Shown here in pieces: positions 12,150 to 57,050 of a DNA stretch of 64,000 bases. The translations under genes and the position numbers were made by a program. Under the pieces are notes generated by a model that had not been told where the DNA came from, did not search any database, and was given only the letters and a program-made list of their open reading frames with translations. The stretch covers positions 39,393,816-39,457,815 of the forward strand of contig CP154954.1 of the NCBI GenBank assembly GCA_039621445.1, read 5' to 3'. Position 1 is the first letter of the stretch, and every line of letters starts with the position of its first letter. This DNA comes from Euglena gracilis (taxonomy: Eukaryota).

Positions 12150-12600
12150 CTCGATAGGACAGTTGTGGACCCGTTGCAGTGGATGTGACAATCCCCCAGT
12201 CCCTTGCGAAAATTCACCCGCTGCGGAATGCAGGTAGCCATTCATAATGGCAAACGCGCATACCAAATATGATGCAACATGCCAACAACTGGGCTGGCGG
12301 TTGATGCCATTCGTCATGGACTGCTACGGGGGCATGGGGCAAGAAGCACGTTCCTTGATGGCCACCCTCCTCAAGGCCCCTCTGGGGCAGCGGGGAGGGT
12401 GGCAACAGCGGGCGACAAAAGCAGACACTTCGCAAAGCCTGTCATTCAGACTAATCACAGAAATAACCAGACAGCTCGTTTGGAGCTTGTATTCTTCCAA
12501 AAAAATCACCCTGTCTTCCGCCCACTCACCATATGCTGTCTGGAGGCCTGAGCACAAAGTCTCACCCCTGCCCAATATATTTTGGAGGTGACCTTTGCTC
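12150..12600 (+). mobile_element. 3' fragment of an RLE-type (CRE-like) non-LTR retrotransposon
   Basis: DVTIPSP...KYDATCQQLGWRLMPFVMDCYGGMGQEARSLM fits the C-terminal half of restriction-like endonuclease domains. Confidence 0.7.
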
Positions 12601-13239
12601 GTCAACCACTAACCACTGACCTCCGCACCCTGAACAAGTATCACTGAGCACTCTTTTGTACATTACACCCACGGTATAAACAATCCACGACCTGTGGCGG
12701 CACAGGGAGCCACAAGGGGGTTCCTCTTGTGGCGAAGGCCAAAAGAGACGTTTCCCTGGGCCCGGGGCATGGTTTTGTGAAGCTGTGCTACCCACCTGGG
12801 AACACAAAAAAAGTGATCATTAAAAAAAAAAGGAAAATCGGGGAATTGGAACCTAAATGGGTACATGCATCAGAACTATCCTTGGCCAGAAGGAGCCCTT
12901 GGAGAGAAGAACCTGTGTGTTGGCCCGCGAAGAGGGTCGACAATTGTCATGTTCGCAGTGCCTGGGATCTGAAGGCACGCAATACCCGGCCATTGCGAAC
13001 AAAACAAAACCATTTGCAAACACAGATTAAGCAAATGAACCGAGGGAATTGGACATGCGAACCACCAGTCCAAAAGTTACATTGAAGACCAAACGAACCC
13101 TGAAGAAAGGGATCACAAACAAAGAACGAATCAGGAACGGCCAAAAAATATATCCTGACCATCTTCTAGGGTACAAGACGGGATCAAGAATACTGGATCA
13201 AGTTAGTCGCTCTCTCTCACCATCAATTCCGTGCCAATG

Positions 13240-13650
13240 GCCCAAATTCCATGCCAAAGAAGATCAGGTTGATGACAATTTCCGCCCTGGCGATATCTTA
13301 ATTTCTCGCCTTGCCAGCGAATGCCTGATCCAAAGCGACGTCACCAACCGTCACACAAAGACCCAAAGCAAAACTGACCATTTGGCAAGAAAAACAAGAA
13401 GCAGACAAACACCAGAAATGTGATGAAACTTGTTTGAGACGAGGCTGGAGTGTCACTCCGTTTTTGCTTGACTCCTTTGGCGGCATGGGACAGCAAGGTC
13501 TTTCTCTGATTTCCACTCTGCTTAAAGCCTTGTTAAGGAAGAGAAGAGTTGACCTCAGCGGCGAACCGAAGCAGAACTGTGGCAAGGACTCTCACTCAGC
13601 CTGGCCAAAGAATCTCTAAACAACTGGTTTGGAGCTTCTATCCTACAACT
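13240..13650 (+). mobile_element. Second RLE-type (CRE-like) non-LTR 3' fragment
   Basis: FRPGDILI...SDVTNRH...CDETCLRRGWSVTPFLLDSFGGMGQQGLSLISTLLKALL; RPxD...DVT signature; paralogous to 12150-12600. Confidence 0.72.
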
Positions 13651-14299
13651 ATCCTGTCAAATGACACTGACCTGTCTTCCGGTTGTCACCGCCCATATTC
13701 CCATTAAACACTTTTGCTAACCACCTTTCACCCCTTCATGGAACCTTGTTGGCACACGGCAACACAAAGAAAAAGTCAGGCTCCATGGGTGCAGAGCTTG
13801 TTGCTGCTGTCAACTGTTTGGAGTTCGCCAAACTGTGTCAACGTCAGCAAACTTCTTATCCTGTGCCGGATGCTTTCTTTGTTGTCTGTACGGGACGGGA
13901 CCTGGAATCCTGCCTGTTGTTCGATGAGGCGAGCGTCACTGAACATTGTGTGACTCAACATGACCAGCAGTCGTGAACTTTATTCATTTCAGGGAATCGT
14001 TCAGCAACCTCTTTTCATACGTGATTGAATGCCGTCGATCGGGCACTAACCACAACCCAGGGAGTAGTGTAGCCTTTCTTAGTGCGCCAATTCCCCTAGT
14101 TCAATGAGATGTTTTCGCGTTTCTTGGAGCGCGAACGCGCGGAGAAGGCAGTGTCAAAGGTGGTTCGGCCTCCATCTGACGTGTTGCAGCCTGAAGAGTT
14201 GGACCAGTTGCTGAAGGGGTCGAACTGGTCCAGCGCTTATGAGACGCAAGAAACCTGGTGGTGGGGTTCACCACCGGCCTCCGCAGCGAGCATGATGTC

Positions 14300-14935
14300 G
14301 TAGCCCAGTGGGGTATAATCAACAGAGAGGTTAGGTCTGGACTTAACATTAATCTCTGAGCCCATTGGGGAGTTGTGATCCAGTGGGGGTTTGCATAAAC
14401 TGGAGGGAGACCCTTTAAATCTGCCCTCAAGTCATCCACCAGCAAAGCTCCTTGTTGTAGATAGCGACAAACGAACTTGGGGAACTTTTTGTTGCTGGGT
14501 GTGCAAAATATGTACACCTCTGGGGGTATTTCTTTCTTAAATTTTTCAGAATTTTGTGAAATTTGTTCCTGTTCAGGGTATAATCCCCTGGTTCATTTTG
14601 TTCCCTGGTCAAGAGTGTGCAAATTGCTCCTTTGTGCGTACCCACACCACCTGCAAATTGATCTGTTTTTCCTGGCAACGATACAGCAGGGGTTTTTTAA
14701 GATGCAATTTAGGTGTGGCTTTTTACCTACCCATCTTGTTAAATGACTGACAGCCACTTGGTTACAACATGAAGCACAATTGTTTGTTTTGGTTTGGCCA
14801 AAGCTTTTTACAGTTTCCACTGCAGCCTGCAACTCTTTGTGATTGATATGAAGGACATGCGGGTCCCTCCACAAATCCTGCACCTTTTGGCCTGAATGTT
14901 TGTCCAGCCCCCCCCCCCCCACTTCCAGGTGCTGC
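14300..14935 (-). mobile_element. DIRS-like fragment (RNase H + Dam-like MT), inverted
   Basis: HINHKELQAAVETVK, EPGDYTLN, VYANPHW; collinear with 19280-19890. Confidence 0.88.
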
Positions 14936-15519
14936 GGAACCCTCTTGGTCGTGCCGCCCAATTACAATCTTGGGAGGAGAAGCAAGAAAGATAAAAGCAC
15001 CAGAACTACGATGCTGCTTACCACAAAACCCAGAGGGTGGCCACTTTGAGGGGGGTGAGGATATGCAGTTTATGGGGAATTCTGGCAGTACAGTTTGGTC
15101 ATTTTGCCACCCCCCCCCCTATGCTGACGTTCACCGTTTAAAAACGTGCTCAGCCCGCCAAGTGCCGGCCCTGAACTTACTGGTCATGAACACGTTTTCC
15201 ATTAGGGAATCTGTTGCAATGACACGTCTTCCATTAAGGCATCTGTTGGCAGGCACGTTCTCCATTGGGGCATCTGTGGCAACGCCAAACAAGAAGCAAA
15301 AATCGCTTTCATGAAAAATTGTCGAGTGGGTGATAAGCCGGGTGGTCCTTAACGAGTGAGGCGGGTCAGGGGCACTCTACAACTCAACAGAAGGCTAGGC
15401 TGCCTTGGAGCACTCCGACACGGAGTGGCGGACATCAGGGAACACAACACGCCTTACACAAAAAAGAGCTATACTTTTAGAAACCGCCGCAAATCTTGGC
15501 AATGAAAATGATATGCCAA

Positions 15520-16510
15520 ACCACTGTAACCCCTGTGTGGAACCAGTTCCTTCAATCTCCAGCCGACTCAACACGGTGGCGCCAATTAATGTCAACCAGG
15601 CAGCCAGGCAGCAAGGTTCTGCTGGTACCCCCCCAATGGGGTCTGTTCACCAACTGCTGTGGGAGGAGATGCGCCGCCAAGGTGGAAATATGGCCTGCTT
15701 GATAATGTCAGGCAAGTATTACAATCCCAGGAAGTTTCGATGTCCTGCATCGACACTTACGTAAAAAATGTGGAAAATGTCACGAGATATGACTCAGCAC
15801 TGAGGGCTTTGGTGGGCTAGTTGTTGCACAAAGGAGTGCCCCTGCAGGATTGCACAATCCACAGGATGGCTGACGCCATCCTCGATCTTGCGGTCCACAG
15901 CATCAACACGGCCCAAATTTTGCCCATTTCTGCAATTATGCCCCTTTTTGGGACCCTTCTGACTTCCTAGAAAACATCATCAGAAATTCAAAACCCTCTT
16001 AGAGCTATCCGCGAAAGACTTCAGAAACAGACTCATCGTTTGTTGGAGGCTTCTGGCCCTCCACAGGGTGGTTGATCTAGCCAGGACGCAGTGAGAACTC
16101 CGTTTCGTGGAATAACAAATTTTCATTTTGTTGCAGAGGAAAGCGTGGCAGTTCCCAAGGCGGGAGGAAATTTTGAATTTGTCACACAACCCCCTCATAG
16201 GCCCTTGGCATTTGTTGAAAGAGTATTTGGAAAGGACAGCCCACATGGTGGGGCAAAAAAATCATTTATAATGGTCTTTGGATGGCAAAAGACCTTTGAC
16301 ATCGGGGAGAAGGAATTCCCTTACCAAAAAAAATTCTACAAGAGGGGGGGTGGGAACCACCCATTGGAAACCCCACAGCACCTGGGGGGCTGGCGTTTTT
16401 TACTGCAAAAATGCTGGTTTGCAAGTTGCAGAAGTCCAGCAACTGGGTCAGAGGAAAAAATTTGGGCCTTTCCAGCCCACTACTTAAGGCTGGGCGTCGT
16501 GTTAAAGATT
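15520..16510 (+). mobile_element. DIRS-like fragment (end of MT + tyrosine recombinase)
   Basis: Collinear with 19880-20740; retains the YR C-terminus WKPHSTWGAGV (HxxR-like) and HYLR (catalytic Tyr). Confidence 0.85.
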
Positions 16511-16897
16511 GAAAATATTATATCCCAAAGGGGGGTGCACAGTACCTCACCATCTCGCAGTGCGGAGCCCAAATGGTTTCGGACTCCCACGACACAGGAA
16601 GAGGGAGGAAGGGACCAAGAGAGCGAAGCACAAGAAGATGGTGAGCCCAACCCTCCCACCCAAAAAGTCAGCAGAAGAAGAAAAACATCCCAACCAGAAA
16701 GGGGACCCCCTACCAAGCAGCCCCAACCACCCTCCCAGAGACACACACGAAAGAGAAAACCATCGATGGGGGGGAGCCAAGCAATCACGTGGGGTGGGGA
16801 CCCAAGCAATCATGTGGAGGGGGGGGGACGGGGCCACGACGGTTCAGCTTCGCCAAGGTGTCGGAGGAGGCGTCGACCATTCGGGCTCCGCACTGCG

Positions 16898-19800
16898 AGA
16901 TGGTGAGGTCCCGCTTTCCTTGCCGCCTGTTCTGTTCTGGTGTGTTTGTGGGTGCGCGGGGGGTGCTTCTTACTGTGCCTTTGTTGCCGGAGTTGGCTGA
17001 TTCCTATTTCTGCCCTTCGACCTCAAGAAGAAAGAATTTTACTTCTACGAACTCAAGTGGACGGAACTTTTTCGGAGCCTCAACTTCCTGACGAAAGAAT
17101 TCAACTCTTCGGAGATCAACAACTGGACTTCCATGAATAACAAAATTCAAAAGAACCTCTCAATTTTAAGAAGAACTTCAAAGAACTTCAAAGTCAGCTG
17201 GAGCTGGGGAAGGTGGAGTCACAGCAGCAGCTGCAGAAACTGGAGGGGCTGCAGCGACACGTCCGTACCTGGCCATTGCAACCCCCCCACCCCCCAGCAC
17301 GTCAGAGATTTCAAAATTCAAAAATTCAGACTGCCCCACTAAAACTGATGGCCATGGACCATAGACAACGGTGGTCAGGAAGAGAAGACAGATTGGGAAC
17401 TACCATCACAGTTCCAACAGACTCCACCGCTTTTTCTCAGCTCCTCCCCTTTCAGGGGAAAAAGCAAAGGCTATGGCAGCCTCAATCCAAAGGATTCAAA
17501 TCAAAATCAAGGCTATGGCAGCCATCACTGCACAAGGCCTGGGGCCCAGAAACATGGCTATGGAAGCCATCATCCAAGAGGGCAGTGGGCCCATGAGCAA
17601 GGCTATGGCAGCCTGTGTCCAAACCTGGGAAGCTCCCACGGGGGAAAGGTATGTCCAACGTACCCCACGGCTCCCTCAAACATAAACCCCTCAGGAGCTG
17701 CCCATCCAAGCAAGCAACGCCCCCTTCAGGGGAAGGCCAATGGGGGCCATCATATGCAAGGGGCCAAGGGAGGCCAGGAGGATCACCAAGATATCAAGGC
17801 CAATGGAGGCCATTATCTGCAAAAGGCCAGTGGAGGCCAGCGGAAGCATCAAGTTTTCAAGGCCAATAGAGGCCAGTTCAATCAAACCCAAGTGGCCACT
17901 GGAGGCCAGTGCACTCAAGATCACATCAGCCCTTGGGGGGGAGACCCAAGATTGGCTACACCAGGGCCCTCCCAGAAGGGAATCAGCCCACACCCGCCAG
18001 CTATATGTGTACCTCCACAATGCAGACACAGACTTTCCCCAATCTTTCCACATCAGGAGAAAAGCCTGTCTTTGAACAGCCCTATGGCAGGGCCAGAGGT
18101 CACCCAAGTGATGTTGCACCCAGGGGAATGGACCCCAGTGATGGGGCCTGTGGAATCCCCAGACACATTGCACCCAGGGGTGACCCCATACAAAGCCCTG
18201 CAGACCAGAATTCCCCATTGGGTCAAGGCAGGAGTCAGCCCAGAGGTTTTAAACTTAATAAGGGAATGGGTCAGGGCTGATCTTCCCCTCCCCCTCAGAT
18301 GTCCTTGAAACTGCCCTTCAAAACTCCACAAGAAATAATGACTGCCCAGAAAATTCTGAGGGAATACCAGCGTGCAGGGGCAACCAGACAAATAACCCCA
18401 GAGGATACAAAATATTTGGTCCCTTATTTTATCATTTCCAAAAAGGAAGGGGAAAAACAAAGGAAATACTAATTTTTAATTGTCGACAGTTAAATCTCGA
18501 TTTCACCCCCCAGAAGTTCAGATTAGAACACATGGGAAACATCTTCCCATATCTCAGAGAAGGTTGGTTCTGTGGAAAAATAGATCTGAAAGATGCATAT
18601 TTCCAGCTACAGCTGCACGACATCTTAAAAAAGTATTTTTTCATGCAGGTGGGCGGAGAAACCTGGCAGTTTCAAGCTGCATGCTTCGGCATCAGCTGCC
18701 TGTCACAAAAATTGGCGACTCCATGAGAGTCTGGGAAAGAAAATGGAGAAGGGAAGGCAAGGTGGTTTTCATCTACCTAGACGACATTTTGCTGTCAGCC
18801 TCCAGCAAAAAGACAGCAGCCCAGCATTTGGCAGAAATAAAAAAGAGACCTTTTACTGGCAGGTTTCAGATTAAACCTCCCCAAATCCTGTCTTGAATCC
18901 ACACAGGACATATAGCATTTGGGTCAGTGGTTAAATTTGAAAAAAGGCCAACTGTAAATTCCACAGGAGAAACTAAAATCGTTGAGAAAGGAACTACGCA
19001 AAGTGCTCACAGCACAAAAAATGAGCTGCAGAAAACTCAGTTCATTTGTGGGGCAAAGTCAGAAGCTATTTAGTCTCAGTGCCATTTCTCACAATTCTGA
19101 CAGATCAACTTTGCAAAATGGTGGATTTGCACACAAAGTGAGATTGGGACCATTCCCCAGGACGGGACAAGGTTCAAATTGTGGAGTTAAAGGCATTTTT
19201 GCGGCCAGGTGTGGGCAGAGCATTTCAATCCCAGACCTCTCAGGAACTGTTCTCAGACAGCAGCACCTGGCTATGGGGGGGGGCTGGACAAAATTCTCTT
19301 CAAAGGTGCAGGATTTTTGGAGGGACCTGCATGTCCTTCACATCAAACAAAAAGAATTGATGTGAAAACTGTAATGGATTTGGCAAAACCCAACCAAACC
19401 ATTGTTCTTCATGTGGACAACCAGGTGGAAGTAAGCTATTTAACAAAATGGGCAGGCACAAGCCATAACTAAATTCCATCCTAAAACCCCTTCCATATCA
19501 TTGCCAAGAAAAGGAAATCAATTTGCAGGTGGTTTGGGTTCCCACAAAAGAACAATTGGCAGACTCCCTGACAAGGAACCAAAAAGAACCAGGGGATTAC
19601 ACCCTGAACATGAACATTTTTCACCAGATTCTAAAGTTCTTCAAAAACCACATCATCCCAGAGGTGGACATGTTTTGCACACCCACCAACAGAAAATTCT
19701 CCAAAGTTCATTTGTTGATACCCCCACCAAGAGGCTTTGTTGGTGGATGCTCTGAAGGCAGAATTAAAGAGTCTCCCCCCAGTTCATGCCAACCCTCCCT

Positions 19801-21285
19801 GGAGCATCATCCACCAGTGGGTTCAGAGATTAATGTTAAACCCGGACCTAACTTGTCTGTTGATTGCACCCCGCTGGGCTTCGACATCACGGTGGCGCCA
19901 ATTAATGTCAATCAGGCAGCCAGGCAGCAAGGTTTTGCTAGTACCCCCCAATGGGGTCTGTTCACCAACTGCTGGGGGGAGGAGATGCCCCCCCCAAGGT
20001 GGAATTTGGCCTGCTTGATTGTGTCAGGCAAATATCACAATCCCAGGAAGTTTCTATGTCCAGTATCGACACTTACATAAAAAATCTGGGAAATGTCAAA
20101 AGATGTGATTCAGCATTCAAGGCTTTGATGCGCCAATTGTTGCACAAGGGGGTGCCCCGCGGGACTGCACAGTCCGCAGGATGGCCGAGGCCATCCTTGA
20201 TCTGGTTGCCCACACCATCAACCCTGCACGAAATGCATATGCAGCAGCCTTATTACTCCCAGGGTTTGGATCATTGAGTTTTTCCCCTCTTTTGTCTCCA
20301 TTGAAGAGTAAATGGAATTCCAATGTCTGCCAGTATGCCCATTTTTGGGACCCCACTGACTTCTTGGAGAACATCATCAGGAAATACAAACCCCTCTCAG
20401 ACCTATCTGTGAAAGAGCTCAGAAACAGGCTCATCATCTGTTGGAGGCTGTTGGCCCTGCACAAGGGGGTTGATCTAGCCAGGACACAGCGGAAAATCAG
20501 TTTCGTGGGAGAAAAAAAATTCTTTTTATTGCAAAGGAAAGGCTGGCAATTCCCAAGATGGGAGGAGATTTTGAATTCGCCAAACACACCCCCCCTCATC
20601 AGCCCCTGGCATTTATTGAAAGAGTATGTGGAAAGGACAGCCCACATGGTTGGGCACAAAAATAATTTGCTATGGTCTTTGGATGATAAAAGACCTTTGA
20701 CGTCAGAAAGGGTGAATTCCCTGACCAAAGAAATTCTGAACTTTTTTCCTGCAGAATTGTTCCATTTCGGACACCAATTGCACATTTTTGGGGGAAGTTG
20801 GAGGCAAAAAAACGACAATCTGGGCACATGTGGCATTTGGCCGCAATTGAAGACTTCCGAACATTGCGGGGTTTAACCGCTGAAGTTTTAATTCTTCCCC
20901 AAATATGAAGCCCTGCAGGGGGTCTTGAAATCCCGTCCAAGTACAGAGCTGGGGGGCTGTACAATTTTGGCGAGTTCAGTTTGGCGCCCCCGTTTCGGAC
21001 TCCCACGACAGCGGAAGGGGGAGTAAGGGACCAAGAGGACGAAGCACAAGTAAGTGGTGAGGTCCTGCTTTCCTTGCCGGCTGTTCTGTCCTGGTGTGTT
21101 TGTGCGTGCGCGACGGGTGCTTCTTACTGCGCCTTTGTTGCCGGAGTTGGCGATGATGGGGCCGCGTCCGACACCTTTGGCGAAGCTGAACCTTCGTGCC
21201 CCCCCCTCTCCCATGGTCGGTCTCTGGTTGAGATGTCTTTCTTTTTCTGCTGACTTTTTGGGTGGGAGGGTTGGGCTCAGACACC
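16898..21285 (+). mobile_element. Near-complete, decayed DIRS-type retrotransposon: gag-like, RT, RNase H, Dam-like MT, tyrosine recombinase, split terminal repeats
   Basis: KIDLKDAYFQL, YLDD (18774-18785), VDNQV, LADSLTR, VDMFCT..NRKF, HANPPW (NPPW at 19791-19802), YR-like ORF 20181-20876 (similarity to the other copy lost after about 20745); block 16901-16997 repeated at 21055-21152. Confidence 0.9.
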
Positions 21286-21595
21286 CAGTTGATCGCGGTC
21301 AATCGCTTGGTCCCCGCTTTGGCGGTTAATTGATTATTCCTGCCACCCCCTGGGGGGGGTCCAGGTAGGACCCCTTTCCCAGTTGGTTTCCAATTTCGGT
21401 TCAAATCCAAATTTCAGGTGTGGGTATTCCTAATTTATGGAAAAATTTTCCATATTTTGGGTTCGGTGAATTTGCCAACCGAAAATGTAGTGTTCCCCCC
21501 CGTGAGCCCCCTATGCATGCGACGCGCCTTCGGCATCTTCTGCAGATTCATTGCAAGGAATGATTTATTGAGATTGAGCAATTGCCATTCTTTGG

Positions 21596-55195
<33,600 letters not shown>

Positions 55196-56480
55196 CCGCG
55201 AGCCGATCGCCCCCTCTCTCTGCTGCTGTGCCGCCTGGACCCTCTCCCTTCCTCGTCCTTCCTCGTCCTTCGTCTCTGTTTCGCAGTTCTTGGCTGGCAG
55301 TCAATCCCCCCCCCTCAATACCTCGTACTGTTGCATCCCTGAAAGAAACGATCCGCCCATGGTTTGGTCTTTGACTGAGGATGGCAGGATGCTAGCAGGA
55401 AGTGTCATTTAAGCATTTGAACACCCATGCAGCATGAACCCAAACTCTTTTTTGTCACCATCTTCCTAAAGTTACCCCCAGAATAATAACCCCTCCTCCC
55501 AAGGACTTTCCGAAAAATACTGCAAATTCCAAAAAAAAAATTACAGAAATTGAAAAAAATTGAGACTAGCGAAACAAGGACCAGAGGGGTTGGTGAAGTG
55601 TTTTTGTTGCCTTTTTGGTGGGGGGTTGGAAATATAATTAACCGATACCGCCAAATAATAAATTGGGGTCTGTCTGGCTAGCTGGCTCTCTGGCTGGCTG
55701 GCTGGCTGGCTGTCTGCCTGTCTGTCTGTCTGCTTGTCTTATGTTTTTTTTTGAATATCTGCCTGCCTGTCTGACTGGCAGGCTGGCTGTATATTTGTTT
55801 GTCTGTCTTTTCGTCTGTCTGTGTGTATCAACGTGACTGGCTGGCAGAACTTGAACCATCCCCCCCCCCCCAACTCCCCAAATACCCGAATACCCTACAA
55901 AGTTGCTCGCTCCTTTTGCCCTCAGGAGCCAAAGAAAGGGCCACACAGGCAGCACCCCAACCACGGATGGTCCCGTTTATTTTGAAGTGTAACCCCCGAT
56001 AATAAATGCGGATTTACTCAGTTAATTTTTTTTCTTTCGGCAACTTCCACTCACACGTTTCCTGCAAGCGCTCAAGTCCCCCAGGCTGGGGGGGGGGTCC
56101 GCTGACCCACCCAGCTGGGGGGGGGTGCCCCACCCGTCTCGTGTGTGGCTGGCTACCAAAAAAAACAGCCGTCCGTCATTTCCTCTTATGGGGTGACCCA
56201 CACTGCATTGCATTTTTGCCAGGGAACCGGCTTCTTTTTAACTCAAAAAACCCCTCAGGGGTGGGCTGGGATCCAGGCCAGATTCCCCAGGACCCCATCT
56301 GGGCTGGAGGCGTGGATGTGGGTTTTGGAGCGAAGCCCCAGAATTTTTTCTGGAATGACACATATATGTGCATTCATAAAATCATACATATTGCATTGTG
56401 CAGGCTGTGCTTACGTGTGCATGTCTACAATATGTACATGCACACATATATACATACATACGTGCATACAGACAGACAAA

Positions 56481-56513
<33 letters not shown>

Positions 56514-57050
56514 AAGACCGCCAGCAAGAAAGACATAATTTCGTTTTGCAGTGGTTGGCAGATCCAGAGAGGAACCTGTGCCCTTCGTCCTCATCTTTTG
56601 CCCCTCTGCACCATTGCACCCTCATTGTCACATCACCCAAATGGTCCTCCCCCCCTCTCATCACTCTCACCCTTCCACCACAGCAACGGCCCCACATCTG
56701 CACGATTTCCAATCGACGATTTTTTGACCCTTTCTGCCCCCTACCCGTGAATGGGCCCCTCGCCTTCCCCACCGCCGTGCATTGCCTTCCCCTCTGCTTG
56801 CGTGCTCGCCACGGAGCAAACTCCTGCAACGCCCCCTCCCTGCAAGCGTACCCCCAGAGAGCCCACTCGCCCAGGCAAGGCTGCACATGCGTCACAGCGG
56901 GTTTGGCTCCCCGTGCGCACTGCCCAACCCGACAAAGGCCACCACTAGACCCAGGGAGGTCCACCCCGGCCCGGCCAGGCGGTCCCCCACCCCGCCGCCC
57001 GCCCCCCTCTGCCGGCGGTGCCTCCCATCCACAGCCGGCCTGCGGGCGCC

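Noticed and set aside
15320-15450. Possible structured RNA (ribozyme or SINE-like), with a loosely similar stretch at 14040-14100
   Set aside because: Could not build a convincing fold or identify Pol III boxes by eye; needs an Rfam/Infernal scan
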